This document shows positions 24,646 to 37,614 of a DNA stretch of 64,000 bases, piece by piece. Each line of letters starts with the position of its first letter. Positions within the stretch are counted from its first letter, which is position 1. Below the pieces are notes generated by a model. That model saw nothing but the letters and a program-made list of their open reading frames with translations, was not told where the DNA came from and made no database searches. A program made the translations under genes and the position numbers. Origin of the DNA: Octopus vulgaris (Eukaryota); contig OX597822.1 in NCBI GenBank assembly GCA_951406725.2, forward strand, positions 30,628,001 through 30,692,000. Reading direction: 5' to 3'.

Positions 24646-25092
24646 ATAGGGTGGTGCAAAAGTCTGGACCCATAGAGAAATTTCAAAACAGTATTTCTTA
24701 TCTTTAGCATGATTTTGATTATTTAATTATCCTATCACGTCCAATATTGACCAAGGATTATGGTGTGGGTGGCTATATGGAGAAGTACGATAATTTGTCC
24801 TTATTTTCTCCCAAACACAGTAACGGGTGAGTCATACCTTCATTTATCAAAACCATTCCGCATGCCTTGCCTAGATTACGTACCCTTAGAGATTTGAAGA
24901 GGTATGTGGTTTCAACAGGATGGGGATCCACCACTTTATACGAAAAATATGCGCAGTTTTTTGGACAAAACATTTCCAAGAAAATGGATTGGACATCAAG
25001 GACCGGTTGAACGGCCACCAAGATCGCCAGATTTGAGTCCTTTTTTCGTAAGGGGAGATCTTAAATCTGTGCTTTATGCTAACAGACCAAAA
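24646..25092 (+). mobile_element. Tc1/mariner-superfamily transposase remnant (catalytic region)
   Basis: WFQQDGDPP...FPRKWIGHQGPVERPPRSPDLSP; TA|GGGTGGTGCAAAAG TIR-like start. Confidence 0.75.
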
Positions 25093-25552
25093 TTTGTATG
25101 TGTGTATGTATGTAGGTATGCTGTGCATCGTGTTATTTTATTTATTGCTTATGCTGACTGTTTCCCCTCTACATCTCGTTGTCTATCCTTTTACATTTTC
25201 TTGTACCCTTCAGCAATTTTGTGTGCTTCATATGTGTGAAAGTTTAACCATTTCATCATTCTGTACCATCTTGATTTTCTTACCGAGGTTTTACAACATC
25301 CATAACAACATGTTCTATGATTTACGTGCTCGATTTCAAGTAACTTTTGTTGCTGAAATTTTCAGAAAAAAGTCTCAAGTAATTTTTCTTGCAACAACTT
25401 CCCTAAGCAAGCGCTTAAATTGACTGCACAGTAGATTAAATAGCAAATATAGGATTTCGCTTATTTTATTGTACTTGATTGCATTGAATTCCACTTATTC
25501 AATGTCTATTTATCTGTTTTTAATTCGCTATGTATTCAATTACTACTTTCAG

Positions 25553-25583
25553 GAACCCGTCAGTGTTACAAACTAGAGCAATG
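25553..25583 (+). CDS. Host gene 31-nt microexon (LNPSVLQTRAM)
   Basis: TACTACTTTCAG| ... ATG|GTAAGT; phase 2 in, phase 0 out; open. Confidence 0.65.
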
Positions 25584-26033
25584 GTAAGTATATATTTGAA
25601 GACAAAATGTATATAATTTAGTTGTGAAGACTAAATGTAGATATTCAGTTGTTTACCGAATGTAGAGAAGCCTCGCCCAAAATCTTTTTTCGGGGACACC
25701 GTGTTTGGCGGGGAGAGAGAAGAAAAGAAATATGACACCAGATGCTTGCGACACAGCGAGTACCATTAAAGAAAATACAGAGTTGGGTAGTCATGAATAA
25801 AACGCTAACCTCTGTCTCCTTCTCCTTCTCTGAATTCGTGGGTTTATGCCAATATAGTCATAGTTGCTGGTGAGCATCGTTTAGAATAAGCTTAAATTTT
25901 GGAGATCTCGACAAAGTTTTCTGCTGAGGCCAATTCATGTTGTGTGAGACGTCTTTATCTGTTTCAAATTCTTAAAATATGCATAGTAGTATCCCCAAAC
26001 AAACTCAATATTTCGATAATACTGCTGTGTAGA

Positions 26034-26045
26034 ATCATCATCATT

Positions 26046-26091
<46 letters not shown>

Positions 26092-26185
26092 CCAGCACCA
26101 CCAGCACCAGCACCACCAGCACCAGCACCACCACCATCATCATCATCATCATCATCATCATCATAATCATCATCATCACCATCAC

Positions 26186-26250
<65 letters not shown>

Positions 26251-26317
26251 CCACCAGCACCACCACCACCACCACCACCAGCACCAGCACCAGCACCAGC
26301 ACCACCAGCACCACCAC

Positions 26318-26374
<57 letters not shown>

Positions 26375-26375
26375 T
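26034..26375. repeat. Compound trinucleotide microsatellite (CAT)n/(CAC,CAG)n
   Basis: Seen directly; accounts for the poly-I/D/M ORFs. Confidence 0.95.
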
Positions 26376-26776
26376 GCCACGTTGTCGTTGCTTTAGCATA
26401 AACTTTTTCATGATACTATGGGTCGGACGGAGTAGTTTCAGCTTGATTTTCTACATCATAATATCCTTCCAGTTTCAAACACTCACATGTTCTCAAATAA
26501 GTTCATATGTCCTTACGTATCTACGAAAGATTGGGAACTAATGGCTCTGCTTGTATGATACACAAATTCATTTGCAGCTCAAGCGCGATATCAAGAGAAG
26601 GGAGCATACACACAAACATACACACCCACGAAGTTTTCGTGTATTTTTGAAAGCACGAAATAAGAAGTAAGGAAGCATGCGACAACTGAAGAGAATTGGA
26701 CTTCATTTGGTACTTTGTCCTGTACTTACTTATCCCTCGTGTGTTTACGGATTCTCCACTCGTTGTTGATATCATG

Positions 26777-26809
<33 letters not shown>

Positions 26810-26827
26810 CATACATACATACATATG

Positions 26828-26875
<48 letters not shown>

Positions 26876-26895
26876 CATATACATACATACATATG

Positions 26896-26927
<32 letters not shown>

Positions 26928-26932
26928 CATAC

Positions 26933-26963
<31 letters not shown>

Positions 26964-26991
26964 CATACATATGTATATGTATATGTATATA

Positions 26992-27048
<57 letters not shown>

Positions 27049-27130
27049 GTAAGGAATATAATTCCAAAACTTACAGGGAAAAATTCAATTTAACAATTTT
27101 ATATCAAATTTCACAATATATAATATATGT

Positions 27131-27392
27131 ATATAATTTAGAGAAAAACCTCTATTAAAAAGTTCAATAAAGATGTTACTCACCATATAGAAAACATATA
27201 CTATAAAATAAAAACATTGTTTAAAATCAATAACGTACAATAAATACTACAATAAATAGTAAATAGTGTTTACTATTTATTGTACTTTATTGCTTTTTAG
27301 AATAATGTTTTTATGGTAACTGTTTTTTATATGGTGTGAATAACATCTTTCTTTATTGAATTGTTTAATAGCGGTTTTTCTCTAAATTATAT
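27131..27392. repeat. AT-rich fold-back element
   Basis: TATAATTTAGAGAAAAACC... pairs with ...GGTTTTTCTCTAAATTATA; inner hairpin CAATAAATAGTAAA/TTTACTATTTATTG. Confidence 0.7.
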
Positions 27393-27434
27393 ACACACGC
27401 ACACACTCTCTCTCTCTCTCACACACACACACAT

Positions 27435-27482
<48 letters not shown>

Positions 27483-27661
27483 GCATACTCACACACACAC
27501 AGACACATACACACCTATATATAAATTACTGCACATTAACCCGGAGTTTCTATCTTTGAATAGGTCGCTTCATCAGTGTTATTTGCGTGAATTTTGCTAC
27601 CCTGGTAACTGTTTATTGAATTTTCCATGTTAACGGTAAACAAAGGATAATTCATTCATCC

Positions 27662-27745
<84 letters not shown>

Positions 27746-28313
27746 GTACGACGAACTAATTTCCGTTTTCGATCATCAACAAGGATTTGATCGACCGCTG
27801 TAGAAAACACTTACTAAGCTGCCCGAGTTGCAACACAGTGGAACTGAAACCAAAACCATGAGGTTTGGAAGTGAACTTTTCAATGACACAGACATAATAC
27901 AAAATAAATAATAGTTTTTGCCGTGTAGGTGAAACTTAACACTTTCCCTCATATAAAACAATCACGTAGAGGTATTTATATTTTAGGTCGATTGCAGTGT
28001 TAAATAACATAGGAATATATTTTAGAATTGGTCGTACGTTTTTCAATCGAGTTGAAATCGCTTGTGGATTATGTGATTATATAAATGCAATCATGAATTA
28101 TTTCACCGATGTGACGGCGAAGACTCGCACTGATTATTATTTATTTTTTTTGTAGTAATCACTGTATTGTGTTGTCATTGCTGTATGTTATTTCTTTTCG
28201 ATGATGCGACAGGTAGATTTTTCTTCTCTCTCTCTCTATCACTTTCTCGCCAGTAACATTCAATTAAATTTATATAGTTTAATGTTCTATCATAATATTT
28301 CTCCTTTCAACAG

Positions 28314-28835
28314 GTCCATGAAAAGTATGATTATAGTACGAGAGAACCTGACAGAGATCTAGCAGCTAGTAGGTCTGATTCAGAGTTTATTTTGAGGAAA
28401 CCTGAAGCTATCCAGTTAATTGAAACAAGAAGTAAGGGCAATGAATTAGAAGAGTTTACAGCAACGGAATTTATGCTAGATAGGAAAAACGAACGATCTT
28501 CCGAGCGTTCTGATCTAAGATTCGTCACCAATGACAACAATAACTCTTATTCACTGCAGAACGGTGGAAGGTTTGTGACAGTCGGAGAACGTCCGAAAGC
28601 TGGATATCCAGTCCCTGATTACGACGGGAGCGGAAATGAACCAGATAACTCTAAAATAACCGAAAATAACACACATGGTTATGACATGGATTTACAAGAA
28701 ATTAAGAAAAACTTTTCTCTAGACGAATTTGACCGATCGTATAAAGGCAATTGGTATGATACATATTCCAAGCAAGTACAATTTAATTCAAATCCTGAAA
28801 ATATAGCAATTTCAAATGTATCTTTGCGCTTATAG
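28314..28835 (+). CDS. Host gene probable last coding exon (VHEKYDY...NVSLRL*)
   Basis: TTTCTCCTTTCAACAG| acceptor in phase 0, 173 open codons then TAG; AATAAA near 29134. Confidence 0.75.
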   Translation, partial: VHEKYDYSTREPDRDLAASRSDSEFILRKPEAIQLIETRSKGNELEEFTATEFMLDRKNERSSERSDLRFVTNDNNNSYSLQNGGRFVTVGERPKAGYPVPDYDGSGNEPDNSKITENNTHGYDMDLQEIKKNFSLDEFDRSYKGNWYDTYSKQVQFNSNPENIAISNVSLRL

Positions 28836-29662
28836 TATTACAAGAATCTAGTCACAACATAACATTTAAATCAGCTTTCTTGTGAGGAAAATGTAAAAGA
28901 AAGAAAACTATTTTAAAAAGCAAGTGCTCATACGAACTTTCACGAGAACATACGCATAAAACATACGCAAAATTAATAACCCCTCATCAAACTCATGTAT
29001 TAGTTTTCAATCTACACATCTCGGTTACGCATTATATAGGCATATGTATTCATATAGATATACATGTACATACATATGCATATATACAAATACATAAATA
29101 TATATATACACATAGAAACCTACAAAGAAGAGAAATAAAACTCAACTGAATGAGTCGCATGCATGAAATTCTATGCCCATAAATCAGTTATGTAACTTTA
29201 CAACTAATTAAGACATACGAACACGCATTATATGAAATGATAGATAAATGGGATGGCAATCTCTATTTAAAAACAATATAACTACAATTGTTTATCTAAA
29301 CAATCAGCCAGCTAGGCGCCTGTTATACCCTGCGCGCATGGTAATTATTACATAAAATATGACTGATGCACAAAAAGTTTTAAAATGTGTCGAAAAAAAT
29401 TGTAGTATTTCAAATAATGAAAGTTGTAATTCCCTTTTCTATCGTTTATCAATTAATATACTCTCTACGGATGCTAATGGCTTTGTGTAAATGGATTAGT
29501 TGGCGTAACTCCAATGTATGATGATGTGTCGTAGTCATTAACTGCGGACGAGCTAAGATGAGATTTCCATAAGGATTGGACAAGGTTTTTAACCCGAATA
29601 TTCTATGAATCTTACACACACACACATGTTTATTACATACATATATACGTATATATATATAT

Positions 29663-29865
29663 ATTACGGAGATGTACTCGCATAGCAAGTAATTTGATCT
29701 GAGATCGTGTGCTGAAACGAAAACAATTGCAGCGTGGGAGGTGTTTATAAGCCATTTAAGAAACACACAAAAGCCGTTCGATTCACTCCAACATTTAAGT
29801 TTAATTTGTCAAAATATTTTCGTCGCTAAAATCCGCGACCTGTTCACTGACAAAGTCCGTGCTGC
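29663..29865 (-). mobile_element. Second copy of the ~200-bp repeat with a G3:C8 hammerhead (29805-29854)
   Basis: Near-identical to 6588-6790, including the ribozyme core. Confidence 0.8.
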
Positions 29866-29868
29866 ATC

Positions 29869-29903
<35 letters not shown>

Positions 29904-30193
29904 ATGTATATATATATTTATGCATACACATATACATATAAATATATATGTATTAAGATGTATATGTAGACACAAGATGTATCTATCTAACTACCAATCT
30001 ATCCATCTCTCCCTCTCTCCATCTCTTTCTTTCTCCCTCTGTCTACTCACGCACACACACAAACACATGCATATGGTCGATAGTTGACATAATCTGCAAG
30101 AAAAAAATGTCTCTTTTTCTGTGTGTGTGTGTGTCTCTCTCTATATATATATATATAAGTGTGTGTGTGTATAAATATATGTATGTCTATAAA

Positions 30194-30230
<37 letters not shown>

Positions 30231-30234
<4 letters not shown>

Positions 30235-30505
30235 GTAAAATAATATGTGACAATTATTCAATAGCCAAGATAAAACTCTAAGTTTCGGATGCCGAGGTGG
30301 AAATCCACAACACCATCACTTCGGTTATCTGATGGCCAGATAACCGAAGAGATTGTGTTGTGGATTTCCACCTTGGCATCCGAAACTCAGAGTTTTATCT
30401 TGGGTATTGAATAATTGCCACATATTACTTTACAGATAAATTTCTTCTATTTACATAATATTGAGGTCTCTTTCTTTCTTTTGTTATCTTACCGTTTTTA
30501 CCAAT
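30231..30505. mobile_element. Fold-back PLE-derived element with hammerhead motifs (30339-30399 +, 30269-30329 -)
   Basis: ~100-bp arms with a 5-nt loop; GATAA | CCGAAGA | stem II | GAA | ACTC a GAGT | T | TTATC. Confidence 0.75.
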
Positions 30506-30540
30506 ATATATATCTATCTATATATATATATATATATATA

Positions 30541-30947
30541 CTCCTTTACTCTTTTACTATCTTACTTGTTTCACTAATTTGACTGCGGTCATTCTGGAGC
30601 ACCACCTTTAGTCGAGGAAATCGACCCCAGGGCTTATTCTTTGTAAGCCTAGTACTTATTCTATTGATCTCTTTTGCCGAATCGCTAAGTTACGGGGACG
30701 TAAACACACCAGCATCGGTTATCAAGCAATGTTGCGGTAAAAAACACGGACACGCAAACAAACACACATATATATACATATACACGACGGGCTTCCTTCA
30801 GTTTCCGCCCACAAAATCCACACATAAGGCTTTGGTCGGCCCGAGGTTATAGTAGAAGACACTTGCCCAAGGTACCACGCAGTGGAACTGAACCTGGAAT
30901 CACGTGGTTGGTAAGCTAGCTACTTACCACACAGCCGCTCCTGCGCC
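30541..30947 (-). mobile_element. SINE family B (GGCGCAGGAGTGGCTGTGTGGTAAG head), full length
   Basis: Homologous to 61143-61546. Confidence 0.9.
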
Positions 30948-31005
30948 TATATATATATATATGTATATACACACACATACACACACATATATATATGTAT
31001 ATATA

Positions 31006-31255
31006 TCTTTTACTTATTTTAGTCATTTGACAACGGCCATGCTAGAGCACCGCATTTAGTCTAACTAATTGACCCCAGGACTTATTCTTTGTAAGCCCAG
31101 TACTTATTCTATCGGTCTCTTTTGTCGAGCCACTAAGTTACGGGGACCTAAACATAGCAACACCAGTTGTCAAGCGATGGTGCGGGGCAATCACAGACAC
31201 ACAAATACATGCATACATACATATATACATACATACACACATACATATATATATG

Positions 31256-31290
<35 letters not shown>

Positions 31291-31459
31291 GTATGTATAC
31301 GACGGGCTCCTTTCACTTCCTCTCTACCAAATCCACTCAGAAGGCTTTTGTCGGTTCAAGGCTATAGTAGGAGTCACTTGCCTAAGCTGCCATGAAGTGG
31401 GACTTAACCTGCAATCATGTGGTTTTGAAGCAAGCATGTTACCACACCACTCCTGCGCT
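31006..31459 (-). mobile_element. SINE family B, full length, diverged
   Basis: Same head, internal microsatellite and tail as 30541-30947. Confidence 0.85.
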
Positions 31460-31467
31460 TAAAAGCA

Positions 31468-31533
31468 TTCCCACGCCAGGAATCGAAATCGGGCCGCCTA
31501 GGTGAAAGCCAAGAATCCTAACCACTAGACTAC
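31468..31533 (-). pseudogene. tRNA-Glu(TTC) pseudogene lacking the 5' acceptor strand
   Basis: GTAGTCTAGTGGTTAGGATTCTTGGCTTTCACCTAGGCGGCCCGATTTCGATTCCTGGCGTGGGAA resembles metazoan tRNA-Glu; followed by TGCTTTT. Confidence 0.8.
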
Positions 31534-31669
31534 ATATATATTTTTCTGTGTGAGTTAGAGGTTGGAAAGCCAACAAACTAAGGGGTATTATCTATCCAAT
31601 ATACTGCTGGTAGTTTGCCCAATTATTCATACCCAAGTGCTGGTTATGGCGTAGCAATCTCACAATTGA

Positions 31670-31728
<59 letters not shown>

Positions 31729-31745
31729 CACACACACGCACACAT

Positions 31746-31821
<76 letters not shown>

Positions 31822-31823
<2 letters not shown>

Positions 31824-32018
31824 GCCATGTTGGACCGCTGAAATCTACAAGTCTTTGTTATCCTTTCTCTGTTTATTTCCTGGTGTTCCTTTCTGTTGAA
31901 AAGCGTAGGCTTGAAACGTAAAAGACCTTTTCATATTTCCCTAGGGTCAAAAATAATACACTTACTTGTTCTTCATACAGCTGTCTTCGTCTTTTGTTTT
32001 TCTATAAATTTGAACTGT
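31822..32018 (+). mobile_element. Short PLE-type repeat with a decayed hammerhead-like motif
   Basis: TTGAAAAGCGTAGGCTTGAAACGTAAAAGA; relatives at ~1060-1223, ~5865-6056 and (-) ~55507-55560. Confidence 0.55.
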
Positions 32019-32050
32019 AGATATGTACATGCACACACATGTTTTATATA

Positions 32051-32107
<57 letters not shown>

Positions 32108-32195
32108 TTTTTTATATTAGAATATAGCTTTATATAGTTTTTAGCTATATTTATATAGTTCATATATGCGGCGAAGTAATTTATTTTACTAAGCC

Positions 32196-32282
<87 letters not shown>

Positions 32283-33079
32283 CATGTAATATATATATAT
32301 TTTATATATATATATATATATTAATATATATATTGATTAATTAATTTAATATAATTTGTAATTTTATTTGCTATTATTTAGTATTTGACTATAGGTGACA
32401 TATTATTTTAAATATATTATTTTGTTACTTACCGTATTGTTATAAAAGAATGTATTATGAAAAATAAAGGTGATATTTTTTATTTAGCCATGGTCTTTTT
32501 TGAATAGTTTAAAAAATTGTTCCTCGTATATAAACACTAATACGCCAAGATATATTTAGATTAGAATACTTAATAGCATACAAATATATTTCAAGGCTGC
32601 TATATTGCTTTATTTTTTAAATTTTAAACTTTGTTTTCGTTTTTTAATTAATAACGCTCACGCTTGTAAACAAATGGGTTTAAATTCAATTTTATAGGAT
32701 ATGTGAATCCAAATATACATAAGAAATTACACCGACAAGATTCTTGCCCCCAAAACAATGCATTTTTATTATCTTATTATGGCCAAGAATTGAAACATTT
32801 GTATGTGATTTACATTAAATATTTATTACTTATATTTTATTATATTGTATTATTATAAGAATATAATATAATATTCTATTATGCTAATAAATTTTAAGTT
32901 TTAATTTTTGAATTGCCAATTGTTATACATCTCCATTTTCTATTATAATTTATAATTTTCATAATTTAATATATACCCATGCAATTTGTAAAGTTTCTTC
33001 TCCGCAACATTGGGTATTTGATCGTGAACCCAGTGAATGATTACATTCCATGTCTATTTTCCTGGGATTATATATGCAT

Positions 33080-34845
33080 ATATAATCTGGAAAACAGACA
33101 AATGAATGAACCAGTGGACTTCTTCACCTATAACCAGCGAGGTAGTTACAATGGAATACATTGAAATTAGCGAAGAGGATATACTACTAGCCATAGATGA
33201 AGTGGACACAAACTCAACTACTGGTCCTGATGGTTTCCCAGCAATCGTCCTCAAAGCGTGTAAGCATGCCCTGGCAAAACCCTTCAAGATTCTCTTCCAG
33301 AGCTTTCTTACAAATAGCAAACTGCCAAGCAAGCTGAAGGAGGGAATAATATGCCCAATACAAAAAGGGGGGAGTAGAGCAGAAGCCAAAAACTATAAGC
33401 CTATCTCTCTGACTTCACACATCAGCAAAGTCATGGAACGGATAGTCAGAGGGAAACTAGTCGCTTTCCTTGAAGAAAATAACTTGCTGAGTGATACCCA
33501 GCATGGTTTTCGACCAGGTAGGAGCTGCCTGACCCAGCTCTTACAACATTATGACTGGGTGTTGAGGCAGTTACTCAACAAATCAAATATGGACGTAATG
33601 TACCTTGATTTTGCAAAAGCTTTTGACAAGGTGGATCTTGGTATCATATGCCACAAACTGCGTGACCTTGGCATAGCTGGAAAAATTGGAGAGTGGTTAC
33701 ATGACTAGCTGAAAGATAGGAGTCAGGCAGTAGTGGCTAATGAAGCCACGTCTATGAACACACAAATAGTGAGCGGTGTTCTACAAGGCACTGTTTTGGG
33801 ACCACTGCTTTTTATAGTGGCCCTCTCGGATATGCTCTCAAATGCCCGGATAGCCACTCTGGCATGCTATACAGATGATACGAAAGACTCGTAGAAAATA
33901 CAGAACTCCAGCGATGTTGCACACATGCAGCAGGAGTTGCACTCAATTTACAGATGGGCTGAGGATAATAATATGCTGTTTAATGCTGAAAAATGCCAGG
34001 CCCTGCGATACCAGTACCCAAAACTGAATATTAAACCTAGAGGGTACACCGGTCCACAGGGAATTTCATTCCCAGAGCCTAAGTCAGTGAGGGACCTGAG
34101 TATCGACATGAGTGATGATACCTCTTTCCAAGTGCACATTACCAGGATGGCAACAAAGAGCAGACTACTGGCTGGATGGATCCTAAGAACATTCAGAACC
34201 AGAGATAAGGAAACCATGATGGTCCTCTGGCGGACATTCATCCTCAGCCGCCTGGATTACTGCTCACAGCCATGGTCACCCACCAGTTGAAATTAACAGA
34301 GGACCTTGAAGCGATCCAGTGAAGATTCACAAAGAATATCGTCTCTTTGCAACAGCTTAGCTACTGGGAAAAGTTGAAACAGCTAAGACTCTACTCCTTG
34401 GAGAGAAGACGCGATAGGTATGCAGTAATATATATCTGGAAGTTCCTGGAAGGAACTGTACCAAGTTTTGGCATTGAAAGCTACACCAATGCCAGAACGG
34501 GACGACACTTCATAGTACCAAAGATCCCAGCAATGCCATCACGCTTCAGAACCAGTTACTGCAACAGCCTGAGTTTCAAGGGCCCACAGCTTTTTAATAT
34601 TCTCCCAAAGAGTCTGAGGAACTTGCACGAAGTAGATGTAGGGTTTTTTAAATCAAAGTTGGACCTCTTCCGGTCGAGAGTCCCAGATGAACCTACCTCA
34701 CGGTAAGAGGTGCAAATGAGGACAGCTATATCAAACTCCATTCTTCACCAAGTGCCACATATTAGAGGAGGCTCCTAGTCATAACAGTGTAGCGCAAAAC
34801 GGCGGTGCGTCAGCATGGCCGCAGCTCTGAGCTAAAACTAGAATA
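33080..34845 (+). mobile_element. 5'-truncated, inactivated CR1/L2-group LINE (RT and 3' tail)
   Basis: GPDGFP, NYKPISLTS, QHGFRPGRSC, YLDFAKAFDKV, YTDDT, LYSLERRR; in-frame stops present. Confidence 0.9.
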
Positions 34846-35091
34846 TATATGTATATATATATATCCATATATATATACATACATGTGTACATATATATAG
34901 ATATATATAAATATATATAAATGGCATGCCTATATAAAACATATGAACTTGTATACATATGTACATATATATGTGTGTATATATATACATACATATATAT
35001 GTATATACATATCTATATACATATATATACATATATATTTATATATATAATGTATGTATATATAAAACATGCCTATATAAATATATTAATT

Positions 35092-35130
<39 letters not shown>

Positions 35131-35175
35131 TTACATATAAATATATATGTATATATATATATGTATGTATACATG

Positions 35176-35212
<37 letters not shown>

Positions 35213-35311
35213 CTATACATTGGCGCATATTACCATTGTTTTATGTATATATCATTAATGTGTATTATATACATCTCTCTCTCTCCCACACACTCACTTT
35301 ATATATATATA

Positions 35312-35808
35312 CTAGCAGTATCGCCCGGCGTTGCTCGGGTTTGTAAGGGAAATAACTATATAAGCATTTTTAGAGAGTTACTTCCCTTATAGATGCCAAT
35401 TTGGGCTTTCTTAGCCATTTCTGTTTTGGTGTCTTTAAGCCATGAAGTCGTTGTTCTAAAAGAACGCTGGTCTCCTTGACAACGCTTTACGACGTTGATT
35501 TCCTTACACTCCCTTCCCCACAGCTTCACGAGGGAGGGAAGAAGGGGGAGAAGCAAACAGGTGCAGGTGTGACCATGGACGCCAACTCCGCCGCCATCGA
35601 CACACGAAAAATTATGCATTAAAATGGAATAAAAAATGATGTTAAATTATTTTTAAAATCGTAGACTCATCGTAGACGCGCGTTAATACTCAGACGGGCT
35701 CGATATGAATCACGACTATAAGATACCCGAATTTGGTTAAACTGCACCGCAAAATGTGGGAGTAGTTAGGAATCTAAATCGAAGAGGACAGACACTCACA
35801 CAACTACA

Positions 35809-35815
<7 letters not shown>
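35312..35815 (-). mobile_element. Non-autonomous Helitron-like element
   Basis: On -: 5' TATATAAAACTG..., 3' CCCGAGCAACGCCGGG hairpin and CTAG|T. Confidence 0.65.
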
Positions 35816-35883
<68 letters not shown>

Positions 35884-36003
35884 AGAAATAAGGTACTCAG
35901 AAATCTGGATGGTTTTATATTTACTGATATTTATTAATATGTCACGTTTTTATAAATCATATATATATGCGATTGCGTCCACTCTAGTGGAGTCTTCAGA
36001 TTT

Positions 36004-36044
<41 letters not shown>

Positions 36045-36842
36045 TACATACATATATGTTGGTGTTTTTTTTGTGTGTTTGTGTAGTCGTGGTACATTTT
36101 TAGTATTATGTTTTTGTGTATTTCTTCACCTGTTGTTTTTAGCACCCCTTTCATATTGAATGATGACACTGTATTAAATTGACGCTTGATTTATAAATTT
36201 ATTTATTAGCAAAACATATTGTTGAGTAATATTTAAAAAAAAATATTTAGGTACATTTTCCCTCTCAACTACATTATTACCTGGTGCTATGATGGTTTTT
36301 GTCAATTATGATTAAAAGTGTAAATCAAGCTAGAAAATTTTACAGAAATCATTAACTACAAAATTTGGTTACGTAATTGAATTTTCGGAAAACATATTTT
36401 AATGAACTACAACCTCCAAAGAACTGACTCCTCGAAATTTTCTCAAATATTGAATGATATAAATCGAAACAATAAAGAAATATTTTGCACATTAAATTTT
36501 GTTTAACACTTATAATTCGTTCATATGAAAATAAATATGATAAATGTGATATCAATAAAAGTAAACTATTTGTGTTTTTTTAATTTTATACTTTAATGAG
36601 TAATCCTTGAAAAACTACGTATCCTGAGGAGAACGTAGAACAACAGCAATTTTTCTTTCAGCCAATGATTCTCAAAGATTTTTTACCCATGGACCCGTTT
36701 CATTACGATTTGCTCCTGGTGGACCAGGAGTTTAAAAAGTAGTTTTACAGATCCTTCTTTCAAAATTCTTATATTGTTATTCACATGTTAACTTGTAAAA
36801 TGTCCGAGGAATAAATTCATCTGTTAATACATACATCTACAT

Positions 36843-37005
36843 CAGTGGTTCTCAATCTGGGGTCTGCGGTCAATCTAATGGTCCGCAAATGTAGTACTGG
36901 AGGCCCGTGAACTAAATTCAATATTTCATATATACATACATATATATATATATATATGTATATATGAAATATATACATATATATACATATATATGTATAT
37001 ATGAA

Positions 37006-37072
<67 letters not shown>

Positions 37073-37338
37073 GAGTGGCCCAGTGGTTAGGGTAGCGGAC
37101 TCGCGGTCGGAGGATCGCAGTTTCGATTCCCAGACTGGGCGTTGTGTGTGTTTATTGAGCGAAAACATCTAAAATCTCCACGAGGCTCCGCCAGCGGGGT
37201 GGTGATCCCTGCTGTACTCTTTCACCACAACTTTCTCTCACTCTTTCGTCATTTGAAGGCTAAAAAGCAATGCGAAGCGCATTGTGACCAGCGATGTGTA
37301 GTAACATCTGATAGCCTGGTTTGTCATGGTAATCACGA

Positions 37339-37418
<80 letters not shown>

Positions 37419-37614
37419 GGATAAATATATTAAAAGGGGGCCGTGGGAAAACTCATTTAAATAAAAGTATAAAAGTTTTGGGAACCGCTATTGGGAGCTA
37501 CTGATCTAAATCAAACCTTTTATATGAACTCTCAATAAACTACAGTGAGTCCCCAATTTATTAATTTGCTTGCGTTCACCTCAAAATCTCAAGGTCCCCA
37601 GTTGAGAACCACTG
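36843..37614. mobile_element. hAT(Charlie)-like MITE containing a nested SINE
   Basis: TIRs CAGTGGTTCTCAA.CTGGGG / CCCCAGTTGAGAACCACTG; no clean 8-bp TSD. Confidence 0.5.
37071..37343 (+). mobile_element. SINE family A inserted in (TA)n
   Basis: Homologous to 62533-62836. Confidence 0.85.

Noticed and set aside
32100-33075. Extremely AT-rich, featureless stretch
   Set aside because: No structure seen; may be low-accuracy assembly sequence next to long (TA)n.
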